From Octopus sinensis (taxonomy: Eukaryota), in the NCBI RefSeq assembly GCF_006345805.1, contig NC_043001.1, forward strand, positions 8,370,001 through 8,434,000: 64,000 bases of DNA, read 5' to 3'. Position 1 is the first letter of the stretch, and every line of letters starts with the position of its first letter. The position numbers were made by a program, and so were the translations under genes. Below, in pieces: positions 23,491-38,520 of the stretch. The notes beneath the pieces are model-generated. The model worked only from the letters and a program-made list of their open reading frames with translations. It did no database searches and was not told where the DNA came from.

Positions 23491-24153
23491 CAAACTCAAC
23501 CGTCTACCACAGCAACCAACAGCAATAACTAAACGAAAAGCCTATCCGTGATGAATGAGTTAGTGTTTTCGCAAATGTCTTTTTTCTACAAATAGTTTGT
23601 ATCATAGCATAATCATACTTCCTTATACGTCCACATGGTTCTTAATATGGAGATCTACTATTTGATGATAGTAATTTAGCAATCGGAAGTTATGATATTG
23701 TGAATAGGAATGGTATTTGTTATTGATCACACGTTGACAAATAAAGTTTATACAAAATGCTATTCACGAGGTGAGGTTTCACCTTCAACATCTCGAAACT
23801 CAAAAAGAAGCAAAATGTGAATTGCTTTCTGGTTAAAATCATATAAACATCTATATCCAAATATCTAATTGCTGCGAAGAAAGAACATGAAAAATGCCAT
23901 CAGTAAAATCGATCAAGATATTTCAGATTATAAAAAAGATATGGCGTTTTATTCCAATGATATGGCGGCAATAGAATTTAGTGCAAAAGATGAGACTAAC
24001 AGGTGCCAAAAAACGATAACACACTTCTGCTGGGGAAAAAAGACATCACTAACGCATTTTTTATAGATAAATACGGCAAGTTATTTGTTGCTAGTAAAAG
24101 GAAACACCATGCTATGAAGTGATAATATAGAGTGAAGTAGCTGTGACAACGGC

Positions 24154-24194
<41 letters not shown>

Positions 24195-26029
24195 AGAGAG
24201 AGAGAGCACTAGTACTCTAAGACATATATCTCCATCTTAATTGCCATTAAAACTGGAACATTCTGTTGTCATATCAACAACTATTGGATGTTATGCTTAT
24301 ATGTCAGATAACGGAATTCGTTTAATTCCCGCAAGGTGGTTTGACTGTTCACTTAAGCAATTTTATTTGAGAAGACAAGATTTCGATACTTATTGCAGAA
24401 ACGATCAATTTGACTGTAATATCTCTGTGCCATAGACATAACAATTAAACTAGTTTAATATTGGTATGTTGCGTTGTGTCTTTTGGCCAGACCAGCTCCG
24501 TTAAAATTATCCAGATCAATGCTAACACCTAGCTCTTTCTTGCTATCTTTCTCCTTTAAAATTATCAACTTATAGCCTCCCTGAAAATGTGACTCAGGTT
24601 GAAAGTCCAGAAAAATTATTATTTTCCATATTCTGTTGTTCTTTGCTATAGTTACTTTTCTAAAGCTACCCAACACTTCAAAGTCGTTTATTATTTTTAA
24701 TCCCCCCCCCCGGGTTCTAAAAAATATAAGACTTTATTATAATATAGATAAGCTAATTTTTTTCGTGGCTGTATGCTCCCTATTTTTGACATGCTATTGC
24801 ATCACGAAGATAATATGTTTTAGATATATGCAAGGACTAATGTCGATTATACCAAATATTTTGATGGAAACTTCAAATAAATACGTAATCACTCACAAAA
24901 GAACGTTCACGTTTAGATTAGTAACACACAAGAATTTAAAAAGAAAATAAAGTATTGTCAATCGCAATACAAAATATATATAAAACACTATTAGTTCAAT
25001 TACTGGTATTAACGAAAGAACTTATGTATACAATTTTTCTAGCTTTATGATAATGCATTTGAAGGATACTTTAAAGCTATTCAACAAATGATTATATTCA
25101 AAACACAATATTGGCTAATTGAAAAAATTCTTAATTTTTGCCGTCTCCTTTATGAAAATTCGAAAATTGTAAAACATCGAGTCCCCGTTTACTTTTCTTA
25201 AATTTCTTACATATTTCGTTGTTGAAATAAAATTTGTCTTATACGCTCTTCTTTGTGAATGTTTTGTTTCCGAACCTCAAAAAGATGACTCCTGCTTCTA
25301 AACATCAACAATTATTGTCAAAGGCCGGTGACAAGGGAGAAAATAGCGAATCAAGGGACCACAGGTCTATAAATGCGACCACATATACAACGTATTCCAA
25401 GTACTCTTGCGTCTGACGATATCACTAGGGATGGCGTATTCCCCATCTGAGAATACGCTTGAAAAGGGACCTGCCATTCCTTTGTGGTTTGAACGATTTC
25501 ATGGTATGACTTATACTTTGATGGGGTTATTATGAAAAAAAAAACCCTATACACGGGAAACGAGCGTAAGTCTATCGTACCTAGTTCCTACGTGAGTGTG
25601 AATATATAGCAGGATGATTACAGGTTGACTAGTGAAGCAGTGGTGAGAATATTGAGATATATGTGGCAAAACGTGGTCTGAGAAGTACGTTTTAATGTGA
25701 TATTGCTCGACGTCGTTTTATGATAGCTCAAAGTGATCGTTATCGATTCATCTTTGCATGCATAGTTTGATAAAACATTGAAGTATTCCTGCAAGTACTG
25801 AATTCACCCCTGCTAACCTCAATGTGGGTCTACCAATGCCGTTGCCGGTAAAATACACCTAGCACCATATAGTCACTTGCTTGAGAGTCATACGAATCGT
25901 AAGGTCCCGGTGGAGAGCTATTTCTGCTAGCTCACGGAAACGAAATTGTATATTGACTTATTTAACACTGTGTCCTTTATGTGCAAAACATTCTAACGGA
26001 CTTTCTTTTCCCATTAATTTATAAGGAAG

Positions 26030-26263
26030 GAAACTGTAGCACCACAAGATGCTGTAGTACCAGAAGATGTTGTAGTACCACAAGATGATGTAGTACCTCA
26101 AGATGCTGTAGTACCACAAGATGCTGTAGTACCACAAGATGCTGTAGTACCACAAGATGATGTAGTACCTCAAGATGCTGTAGTACCACAAGATGCTGTA
26201 GTACCACAAGATGCTATAGTACCACAAGATGCTGTAGTACCACTCTCTTCCGAAGACGATAAG
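26030..26263 (+). CDS. Candidate internal coding exon of an unknown host gene, acidic repeat (AVVPQD)x~12
   Basis: Pyrimidine tract and AG acceptor(s) at 26024-25 / 26028-29; donor AAG|GTTTGT at 26263/26264; 78 open codons ETVAPQD...AVVPLSSEDDK. Confidence 0.55.
26033..26242. repeat. 18-bp minisatellite, ~11.7 copies (gctgtagtaccacaagat)
   Basis: Units counted directly; variant gatgtagtacctcaagat recurs at units 4 and 8. Confidence 0.97.
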
Positions 26264-26469
26264 GTTTGTTGTTTAAACTAACATATTTTATTGTTGTCCC
26301 CAATGGCACCTTCACTTGTAAGCCCTATTTTATACTCAGTTCCACTGGAAAATTTTGAGTTTTGTTTCAATCAACCCATGAAGGATTTGCATAAGTTTCC
26401 GGGAATGGTTCTGACTTATATAGAATATACCTTAGCATACACAAACTATGTATATGCTTTCATTGGGAA

Positions 26470-26815
26470 GCACTCCGTCGGTTACGACGACGAGGGTTGC
26501 GGTTGATCCGATCAACGGAGCAGCCTGCTCGTGAAATTAACGTGTAAGTGGCTGATCACTCCACAGACACGTGCACCCTTAACGTAATTCTCGGGGATAT
26601 TCAGCGTGACACAGAGTGTGACGAGGTCGGCCCTTTGAAATACAGGTACAACAGAAACAGGAAGTAAGAATGAGAGAAAGTTGTGGTGAAAGAGTACAGC
26701 AGGGATCACCATCATCCCTGCCGGAGCCTCGTGGAGCTTTAGGTGTTTTCGCTCAATAAATACTCACAACGCCCGGTCTGTGAATCGAAACCGCGATCCT
26801 ACGACCGCCTCCACA
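26470..26815 (-). mobile_element. tRNA-derived SINE (group 3, tail type c), A-box segment deleted
   Basis: Shares body with 6353 and 23193; tail ...aaccctcgtcgtcgtaaccgacggagtgc; head joins ggag directly to gcggtcgtagg. Confidence 0.85.
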
Positions 26816-29389
26816 TATGTTTTCATAAATACTTTATGATAATAGAGTGAAGTCACGCTTTCTCGAATATTGTCATAAGCCGATTACTTATAAAGGTACG
26901 CCATTATTAACTCTCTTGTGTTAAGAAAGCAATACTTTTTATGGTACTTTCAAGATTAATTACTTGAATTTATTCAAATTCTATAGAACCTATTTCTATT
27001 CCCTCCATTTGTAAACTCTCATTACATAAAATTGGCAAATATTAAAATTTTAAGATTAATAAGTGCTCTATCTAGAAATAATGTGACGTAAATATACTAA
27101 TTGTGAAATAAATGTATATTTTGCGGCTGAGCTGCAATTTTAGTTAGTTTCGGATAATTTCCCAGTATGATATTTTGCAGTTAAATATTCCCTATAGTAA
27201 GAAAATGTAAATTAAGAACATTTGTAAATGCTCTTTATAAATTGATTACAAATCCCTCATGACGGCCAATAATGCAAACCTCACTATTAATTGCACCTGA
27301 TATGGTAGTCGTAAGAAGAAAGATCTTTCATTGCATCGCCTTTCCAGGCTTAGAAGTGGAATATTTGTTCAGTATTATGCGACTCCAGTATTTTGTTTTT
27401 ATTGAAATATTACACATTTCTCAGAAATAATGATTCATTTTCCCACCGGTTTTCTCATTAATTTGCCGAAAATAATTTTCTGAGCTGGACTTTTATTTGG
27501 TGTCTCGTTTTCAACGATGCTAAATGTGACAGAACAAATGATTAGAATCGAAATAAACAAAGTAGACAACAGAGTGAAACAATTCTTTTACAAGTGTTTC
27601 CTTTAATATGGTACTTCCTGTAATATGATATTTCAAACATTTCGCAATGCCGTATGAAATTTATAGCATGCGTTAAGAACTTTCTCAGATGTAGTGTAAT
27701 AAAATAGAGAACAATCTTAAGTTTGTCGTTTTTCAAACCACAAAATATACCTAAAGCCTTATTAATATTATCTGGATAGTTTGTTATCGAGTGCTCAATT
27801 ATATTCACAAGTGTCATTCCTTCATTTATAATCGTTTCGTTTTTTTTCTTTTTTACAAATTTAGATCTCATGTAATTTTAATAATTCTTAGATAGTAGGT
27901 GATGGAAAAACTCTTATATCCCTGACATTCAATTAAATAGGGCGCAGATTTTGTTTTTTATTAGGTTTCTATTTTTTTATATTTAAGGAAAATCCGAACG
28001 TTATTGCATTAATCCAATATAATACGAATTAAATGATAATTTATAATACAATTGAACCAGTAAACCAATAACCACATACTTCGCTCCAAGGTTAATAAAT
28101 GTATATTTATTTACTTTTACAAAAGTATCATCGTTGCCATTCAAACTTTGCATAACACAAGTCATGTCTCTGTGGAAAGATTTCAAATTTCCATTATTAC
28201 CTACATTTGAAGGAGAGAAAAAAACGGAAATTCTATTTAAACTGTGATTATTGTACGAGTTTAAAGGAAAACGAAACCGCAGATATTGCCACAGATTCCA
28301 TTAACATAGTCTCTCTATTTTAAACACACTGATCACAAAAGGGGAAATTCAATACTTTCCCCGACAGGAAATACTCTTCGTAAGGAGTGATCCGCTTTTG
28401 TGTCGTAAAGTTTTGGTTTAAGTTATTTGTGATTCCTCCGTCTGCAGTGCCTAACTGTTATTAGAAACCCACTCTACAACGTCAATTCACTTCTTTTTTT
28501 TTTTTGGACCAGGCGGAGGTAGTGTGTTTATAGGGCCTTGCTTCGGCTGAGAATAAACGTGATAAATTTTGTCCTATTGTAAATTTTGTCCTATTTTGTA
28601 CACGCGATAAAATCAAACGATCGTGAGAATAAACCAAAAGAAATAGAAACTAATTACGAAATTAATTAAATTCTCTTTTTACTATTTAATGATGTATTTA
28701 TAAACAATAATTTTTCCGTGTGTTTGTCGGAAGCCAAGTATGAATGATAGAATCAATTTAATATAAAAATTACAACAAAGATATGAATGTGTTCATATAT
28801 TAAAATCGGAAACTAATTGGTGTAAATAACAACTAATAAGTAATGAAAATATCGATTGATAGAACTGAATAATCTTAATTTAAAATTCAGAACTTCATCG
28901 GGAGCAAATATGCAGGAAAATATCAGACATATGCAAACATAATTTGCGATGCTTACTAAAGAAACATTAAGTTCAATAACTTGTCTTGATCTTCAATCAA
29001 AGAGCCTCTGCTGGCTTATGAATATTATTTGTATTTCTAAGACAAACGAATATAATGAACTATACATCGCTGTATAAGGGAAATTGATATACTATACTTA
29101 TATTTACATTACATTAATATTTACGAAGAGAAGTGGATGATGAGACTCACATTATACAATTAAGTACATTTGATATTAGCAATTAAATTCAATTCAAGTT
29201 CAAGTTTAATTCTGATGTGCTATAATGAATAATTTCATATGGCGTAAAAGAGCTAGCCGACCAAAATTCTAATTTCTTGTACAGAGAAGAGGTCTGTAGA
29301 AAACAATAGTGGGAATTAGTGTTTCCTGTGATAAAAAGCAGAACACATAAATAATTTTATTAAATCCTACAATTGAAATTTGCTGGACT

Positions 29390-29840
29390 TAAACTTCGGT
29401 CTGAGTACGATCACTTCCTTTGTATAAAATTCATGTTCTTTTCGAAATATTCTCCAGATCGCATACGTCGCGCAAAATTGTCAATTACTCGAACACATTT
29501 CTCTTTGGAGTTGTCACCAAATTCTGCTGTGATTGTTGCCTTCAGCTCATCAATCGTTTGGATGTTATTCTAGTAAACATTATCCGTCAGACACACTCAC
29601 AGAAAAATATCCGGGGTGGGAGTTCAAGTCTGGTGAATGCGGTGCCCCCTCAACGTCACACTTCCTGCTGATCATCCCAATCTGAAGTCGCTCTCTCAAC
29701 CAGGCCAGGGAGTCTTCTGATACGTGGTGGGGTGGCCCGTCTTGTTGGACCACTGTTCATCTTGATCCATCCCTCTGCGTCGCTTTATTCAGTTTTATTC
29801 AAAGAGTTGTGTGTTCTGATTTTTTGGGTCACCCTGTAAT
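29390..29840 (-). pseudogene. Tc1/mariner-superfamily transposase C-terminal relic, internally deleted
   Basis: VQQDGPPHHVS...APHSPDLNSH / DIFL...DNVY*NNIQTIDELKATI...VIDNFARR; terminus tacagggtgaccc only ~90 bp upstream of QQDG. Confidence 0.8.
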
Positions 29841-30208
29841 ATTTATACATTTCTTTAAGGCAACGAGCTGGCAGAATCTTTAACACTGGGGCCGATTTAA
29901 TGAACATAACATATCCTATGACGGTTTATATTTGAAACCAATAAACATACATTTCTTTCTTATGGCAACTCTGCGTTAGAGGCATTTCACTAATTTATCA
30001 GATGTTGTACTAAAGACTTATACTGAGCAGAAATATTGACACAGAGACACAGAAAAGCGGTGAAACGATAAACATCAGTATCTGAACAGTAGTGAGAAAG
30101 ACAAGTCTTATATGTGAATATAGACTCAGAAAAAGACTATATTCAAAGACAATTCAATAATTGACATATAATAGTGGGTTCTGAAGCATCTAAATGAATA
30201 TTATAAAC

Positions 30209-30383
30209 AGGCGTAGGAGTGACTGTGTAGTAAGTAGATTGCATACGAACCACATGGTTCCCGGTTCAGTCCCACAGCGTAGCACCTTGGGCAAGTGACT
30301 TCGACTATAGCCTCGGACCGAGTAATGCCTTGTGAGTGGATTTATTAGAAGTAAACTGAAAGAACCCGTCGTACATATGCATT

Positions 30384-30414
<31 letters not shown>

Positions 30415-30640
30415 ATATGCTTCTGTGTCTGTTTTTGTCCCCCAGAATCTCGATTGACAACCGATGCTGGTGTGTTTACGCCCCCCCCCATAACTTAGCG
30501 GTTCGGCAAAAGAAGCCGATAGAATAAGTACTAGGCTTCCAAAGAATTAGTCCATGGGGTCCATTTGCTCGCCAAAAATTGGTGCTCCAGCATGGCCATA
30601 TTCAAAATGACTGAAACAAAATAAAACAAAGTAAAAGAGA
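30209..30640 (+). mobile_element. tRNA-derived SINE group 2
   Basis: Colinear with 14794-15282. Confidence 0.9.
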
Positions 30641-30899
30641 TCAGCGGGGATCTCATTGAATCATTCCAGTTTACAAACAGAAGATAGAAATATGAATCTG
30701 CAAGCGTGACTTTCGGTAAGGCGTTTACTTCCTAAGCACATGAGCTGAGCAAAAACATTGTGATTAGCAACCGGTGTTGTTTTATTTACTCCCTGAAAAT
30801 TAGCAGTTACATATAAAAGACCAACTGATGCGCACAAGACTCAAATTCAAGAAATGGTGGATACATCTTTTTAGTATTACAGCGAATGTCCCCATACTA

Positions 30900-31093
30900 C
30901 CGATTCTTCTTCTTCTTCTTCTCTTCTTCTTCTTCTTCTTCTTCTTCTTCTTCTTCTTCTTCTGCTACTACTACTACTACTACTACTACTACTCTACTAC
31001 TACTACTACTATTATTGCTGCTGCTGCTTCTGCTGCTACTACTACTACTACCACCACCACTGCTGTTGTTATTGCTACTACTACTATTACTGA

Positions 31094-31143
<50 letters not shown>

Positions 31144-31470
31144 TTCTATTACTACTACAATTGCTGCTGCTGTTGTTATTGCTACTACTACTACTTCTAC
31201 TACTACTACTATTGCTACTGTTGCTGCTACTGCTGCTGCTGCTGCGGCTCCTGCACTTCTACTAGCGCCATTACTACTATTGTTACTTTTGCTGCTGCTG
31301 CTACTACCACTACTACTGCTGCTTCTACTGACACTATTACAACTACTACTATTACTATTGGTACTATTACTGCTGCTGCTGCACCTGCTGTTACTACCGT
31401 TTCTACTACTGCTGTTACTACTGCTGATGCTATTACTACAACTACTACTAGTAGTTCTACTACTACAACT
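30900..31470. repeat. Compound trinucleotide tract (TTC)n-(CTA)n-(CTG/CTA) mosaic
   Basis: Direct inspection; source of the poly-L/T/S/Y ORFs. Confidence 0.95.
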
Positions 31471-31680
31471 ACTTGTTTCACTCATATCGCTGCGACCATG
31501 CTGGAGCACCGCCGTTAGTCGAATAGATCGACTTCAGGATTTACTCTTTGTAAGTGTACTACTTATTCTATCGGTGTCGTTTGCCGAGCTGCTAAGTTAC
31601 AGAGTCGTAAGCACACAAACATCGGTTGTCAAGCGACGGTGGGCAGACAAACACAGATCCCCCACACACACGCACACATA
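31470..31680 (-). mobile_element. SINE group 2, 3' half
   Basis: gcgaccatgctggagcaccgcc...ttactctttgtaag...catcggttgtcaagcga. Confidence 0.85.
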
Positions 31681-31843
31681 TGTCATGTTGTTTTTATTCA
31701 GTGACGTATATTGCTAAGCAGTGGCGGATTTTTTTGTCTATGAACCTCTGTGTTCACTATTATTGAAACACACAAATTTCAAGAGATTTTCTCAACATCG
31801 TCATTAAGATTTCAGGTGACCCTTAAAGTACACTGAGTAATAT

Positions 31844-32790
<947 letters not shown>

Positions 32791-33575
32791 GCATTTACAT
32801 ATGCATATGTATATATGTGTGTGTTTCTCTGTGTATTTCTGTGTCTGTGTATTTACCGTATGCGTATCTATCTACGCTGCATCAGAACTAGAACACGCGA
32901 CGATATGTGTCAAGCATCCACCGACTTTTTTACGACAGGATGTTTAATCGTGGTTATAACGGAACATATAAGAAATACGATTACGTCATTATTTTTATTC
33001 TGGAAACGCAACGTATCTGGACAACTGAGAAATACTAGAAAGATGAGACCAAAACTTTTTTTCTCCATACATCTACATAGGAAATAACTATGAGATATAT
33101 TTGCTGTCTGACAGGTAACTCAAGATGGAGTGCCTAAGTGACTGCAGTTAAATTATAAATAGAAACATACTGAATATACCTAAGAGGCAAAAATATTTCC
33201 TTCCAAAAGAATCAATAAATGTATAGAATATTTGGATATAATTACAAATGGATGGCGAAGATATTAACACAACAGTTCTGTGATGAATGAATATTAGTGA
33301 AAATATTTCATGTAAATATGCAGGCTATCAGTTTTATAGTGCCTCAATCGAAAAGCTCTATGTTATTGGTTATTGTAATTAAATTTATTCCGAAAACGAC
33401 ATACATATTCTCCGCATTAAATATTTTCTCTGAAAACTCAGTTGAGGCACTCCTGCCTATTATTCCTCAAAATTACTGACATTTTCTTTTTCTCAATAAA
33501 GAAAACATTATTATAATTTATAGCTTTATATTCATGTTTGATACGTTTGCGTGTAACATATCCTAACACTGCCAA

Positions 33576-33990
33576 AGGCGGCGCGCTAGCAGAAACGTTA
33601 GCGCGCAGGGCAAAATGCTTAGCGGTATTTCGTCTGCGTTACGCTGTGAGTTCAAATTCCGCCGAGGTCGACTTTGCCTTTCATCCTTTCGGGGTCGATA
33701 AATTAAGTACCAGTTAGGCACTGGAGTCGATGTAAGCGACTTAATACCTATGTCTGTCCTTGTTTGTCCTCTCTGTGTTTAGCCCCTTGTGGGTAATAAA
33801 GAAATAGGTATTTCGTCTGCCGTACGTTCTGACTTCAAATTCTGCCGAGGTCAACTTAGCCTTTCATCCTTTCGGGGTTGATTAAATAAGTATCAGTTAC
33901 GCACTGGGGTCGATGTAATTGACTTAATCCCTTTGTCTGTCCTTGTTCGACCCTCTGTGTTTAGCCCCTTGTAGGTAGGCAAGAAATATA
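33576..33990 (+). mobile_element. SINE group 1 head-to-tail dimer inside one target-site duplication
   Basis: Full copy 33576-33807 plus 5'-truncated copy 33808-33988; ctaacactgcca at 33563-33574 and 33995-34006. Confidence 0.9.
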
Positions 33991-35199
33991 TATTCTAACA
34001 CTGCCACAAAAGTCCCATGATTAACATCATTAACTTGTAGATCGCATGCGTTTCTGCCTACTTCCTGCTGCACTAACTGCGAAAAAAAAAATACAAAAAG
34101 AAAACAAACAACTTCGACACTCACAGCCAGAAAGTATAGAATTAAAGTGAATGTTTGCTCATCCTCCTAGCATGTAAAAAAAGCTAGAATTAGATATTGT
34201 TGCACGAAGCAGCGTTGAAAAATGTTTTCGTGTAAAATCATGCCAAACACATTCGAATATAATCGAAATTTACGCGAATACATTCCAGGTATCGTGCTTC
34301 TTGACACATTACTCAGTTTATATATTTGGTGGTGTTTGTCACTGGCAGTGGGGCATAAATTTTCTTCTCATATCTAGCCGTGGTAATGCTTCATTCTGAA
34401 GATGAATATATGTACCGAGGAATTTCAAAGAGATCTGTTACATTTTATTCTTAGATTATATTTGACTAACTTTTAAATTCAGTATTTCCATTAATGGTTT
34501 ACTATTATCGAAGAAGTTATACTCTTACCACTTAAAATGTTTTGACGTTCATAAATGGTATCAGTGACTTTTAGGCCTCGATTAAAATTTTATGAATTTG
34601 TGTTAGTAGAGATTACGCATTACTACGAGGGAAATACCAAAATATCCCTACTGTTGCTCGTATTTAAAAACTAGTTTAATAAAAACGCCAGGATCAACTG
34701 TGAAAACTATGTAAATCCACTTCTTTAGACACGTGTGATCGCGTATAATGTATGTGTGTCAATGTATGTATGAAATTTGAATCTCCCTAACTCCAGCGTT
34801 TTCTATGAGGATGAATTGAAACCTTTTAACATGCCTCATAGGTCTGTTACCATACTTATCCCATCTCCAGTGATTAATAAATCAACCTCCTCCCTAAACA
34901 ACACTCTACCATTGCACGCTGAATGACAACCCATTCTCCAACGTTATTGCCCAGATCTTTCAATCCTAAGCCGTTCGTATTCTAGCAGAATTAAGCGTTA
35001 ATTTTCTAGTGCACTGCGAGGCTTATGATCTGCTGCTAATCTTCAACTCACACTGCAAAGAACACTCAACATCATAGCTTCGAAAACGAACGTTATTAAA
35101 GCATACATCTGGTAGCAATGTTCAAATTATATGCCAACATATCAACGTTTATATGAATCTACCTATTCGGTTGACACATTTAATAAAGATGATTACATT

Positions 35200-35460
<261 letters not shown>

Positions 35461-36289
35461 TGCAATGTGCTTGCAAATCAGTAGAAGAAGGTCAGCGATT
35501 CACTGCATCTGAAATATCGCCGCAGATTAAATCTTGCCCATCTGACGAATCTTCGACAGTTCCTGTTGAACTCGTTAATTCTTCGCATCTCTGCACTGCT
35601 TTACGTGTTGATTGACGTCCTTCACTTTAATCTTCACCACATTACATCATCAAAGACGAACACCGATATCATTTTTTTTTCTGCGTTTTTTCGTAGGTAC
35701 ATACATGTATGTGCGTTTGTTTATCTGTATGGCTGCATGTATACAGGAGTGCATTTGTACGTGCGAAGAGAGGGCCAGGCGCAGTTATCCCGAATTCCAA
35801 CATTCCCTTCTGTTCTTAACAGAAGGAGAGTACATATCCACCGGTGAATTTGAAACAATAACTCTCGGTTTTCTTCAGTGAATGAGAATTTTGTGTTTTT
35901 GTTGTTATACAACATTATGGGGTCGAAAGAAGTCATTGAGCTATTTTTAAAAAACTTTATCCTCCTGTGAACCAGCAGCTCAACTGCGTGATGAGGCCTG
36001 CAGCAGAATGGAAGAGGTAACTCCTTACAACCCGGGGAGTTGTATAATTCAGCAGATTAGCCTGGCGCAACGCGATGCAAGTTGCCTTTCTCAATGCGGA
36101 ATCTTGTCAAGGAATTGATCCCAGAACACCATTCTCTTTGGCTGAATTCCCTTAACCACAACGTCACGTGCAAGTATCACTAATATTGTTTATTCCGATA
36201 ATTCTGATACATTTCAGAGCTGCAGAAAAAGAAGGTAGAAGCATGGATCTTGGCATTTTTCCAGAGAATTAAAGACACGGGATACGCTC

Positions 36290-36900
36290 AAACAACTTCA
36301 TGTCGTAATGTTCCGGTGGAGAATGATCTTCAAACCAAACAAATCTCGAAATCTATCCATGAAAAAAGGGCAGGTGAGCCTAGAAACTAGCTCGAAAGTG
36401 GAATCTAGGAAGATGCAAAGTCTAAGGGAGATGGAATGACAAGACTGAAAGATACCAAACGAGTGAAGGAGTTCGATGAAATTTTCAAAAAGATTAACCG
36501 CTGCCGATTGTTGAAGAAATACAAAGTATGGTGCTTCAAAATTTTGCTTATACCAACACTGTTGTGAGTGTTACGCATATACGACATTTCCACGAGCACA
36601 GGTGAAGTAAGGGAGCTGATGGTCATTAAATACAACAGGAAATGGCTTGGTGTGTACCCCGGATAATAACTTATACTACAAACTTGAAGCTGGCACTTAA
36701 GTTACATATAGAAGGACAGACGAGAATTCAGATGACATTAAAATTCTCCAAAGAATTTGTGATCAGATCCGTACAGCCTACACTGAAAGCTGGAAGAAAA
36801 TTGAAGGCCCTAGATCCCACAGTAGATGCTAAAGAAACGTTTACCTTTAGGGAAGTCGTTGGACTTAACCAGTCAGGTAGACAAGGGGTAAACACGAGCA
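36290..36900 (+). pseudogene. HERO-like LINE post-RT fragment
   Basis: FKPNKSRNLS ... KINRCRLLKKYKVWCFKILLIPTLL*VLRIYDIST ... KYNRKWLGV ... LKAGRKLKA...EVVGLNQSGRQG. Confidence 0.65.
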
Positions 36901-38164
36901 TGATATCCTTTTCTTTTCTACAGCAGGGACATTAGCAGACATTATATAAGGGGACCCAGCTCCCTTAGAGTGTCAGGAATTTACGGGCCAAAACTATCGT
37001 TTGACAGAAGGTCTTCCTCTGAAATTTCACCTCCTGTCCACGAGTTTCTGCTCACACAATTTTTTTACTGCAAATGATATGGTTTAACGCAAAAACATGT
37101 AGTCTATATCTTAAGTGTAGCAATATGCATTCATTTTAGTGAGATTTATGTTTTAAATTACATACATCTTAATGGGAGTGGGTTTTTGTTATAAAGGCAA
37201 CTTTGTGTATAAAACGTTTAAACTATGCCCAAATTCTCGTTATATTACATCCAAAGTGGTACATAAGCAATCGAGACATTTCTCTTACAATGAATATATT
37301 TATATAGTTTATGGTAAATGATTCAAATACTTCTTAAAACCAAACACGCTCATCTGCGGTAGCTAATCCTTATAAGCTGTGTAAAATCCGGCAGATTTTG
37401 AAAATTAATGAAAACTATTTTAACCAATCACCATGCGCTTCATTCGTCAGAATTCGATGAATGTGCTAACGTTGCTAACATTGACATTTTGACATACTAC
37501 TTGCTTTGCTAGCATATTGATTAGTTCTTGCGAAGCAGTGTTTTTCTTTGAGACATATTTTGAAACTAAAGCAAAGAATATGCATATTTCTTGAATCATG
37601 ATGCGCTATACAAGTTGCATTCAAGTTTACCTTAGTTAAAATAGCATACCAGAGGGAGCCACATGTTCGTACTTAAATGTCTCAGTTTCATATGTTCACT
37701 TACATAATTCCCATAATAATTTGTATTCATGATGCAATGCAGATTCCAGTATTATAATTGATAGAACTATTTACTTCCATGAAATAATATATGAAATATT
37801 CACCTGTTTTTCGTCTCTAAGGTGGCTGTTGGTAATTAAATACGCACTCAGATAGGTTTATACTCAATTTATATGCATTACATAAAGTTTCGTCCAAAGG
37901 TAACGATAACAGTTTCAGGTAACTATTATACGACTCATTCTGTGACAGGATAATGAAAGAGTTTCGTAAATCTTATTCGTCGCAGATTTCAAATTTTGTG
38001 AAATTTGTTTTGGTGCTACGTAATCCCAAACTACAATGTTACCAAGAAATATATTCACAGTACTTTCATTCGATATCAACACAAACTACCCAACGACAAT
38101 CTTTTTAAACGAAATAAAGTATTTTTTTTCGGAGAATAAATAGGCGAAAGCGTAACTGTGTGAA

Positions 38165-38520
38165 AAGAAGTTTGATTCCCAACTGGTTTCAGTCCCACTG
38201 CGTGCAGCCGTGAGCAAGTGTCTTCAACTCTATCCCCTGGCCTCGTTTATAGATATGGTAGAGAGAAACTGAAAGAAGCCCTTGTTACTTATGTGTGTGT
38301 GAATTTTGTGTCTTTGTTTCCATCCCAAACACGTTTAATAACCGGTGTTTGTGTGTTTACATTCCTGAAACCTGGTGGTCCGGCAAACATTTACGATAGA
38401 ATAAGCATTAGACTTTAAAAGAAGGAATAGGTAGTGAGGTCGATTCGTTCAAATAAAATTTTCGAAGGCGGTGCCCCAGATTGGCCACACACTAATGACT
38501 GAAACAAGTAAAAGATAAAA
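38165..38520 (+). mobile_element. SINE group 2, degenerate
   Basis: tcagtcccactgcgtg...agcaagtgtcttc...gaaactgaaagaagccc...ggcggtgccccag...tgactgaaacaagtaaaag. Confidence 0.75.

Noticed and set aside
23869-24066. ORF LRRKNMKNAISKIDQDISDYKKDMAFYSNDMAAIEFSAKDET as an exon
   Set aside because: Weak donor (GTGCCA) and no recognisable homology.
25240-25554. Possible DIRS/RNase H-like motif (PSLVISSDARVLG) on the minus strand
   Set aside because: A single short motif with no supporting RT, YR or terminal structure.
25958-26227. Minus-strand ORFs (WYYSIL)n and (VVLQHL)n
   Set aside because: Alternative readings of the 18-bp array; splice signals and flanking composition favour the + strand AVVPQD frame.
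26033-26242. CRISPR-like array
   Set aside because: Contiguous tandem units with no unique spacers, in eukaryotic DNA with no cas genes.
28564-28597. 17-bp direct repeat aaattttgtcctatt
   Set aside because: A simple local slippage duplication with no enclosed element.
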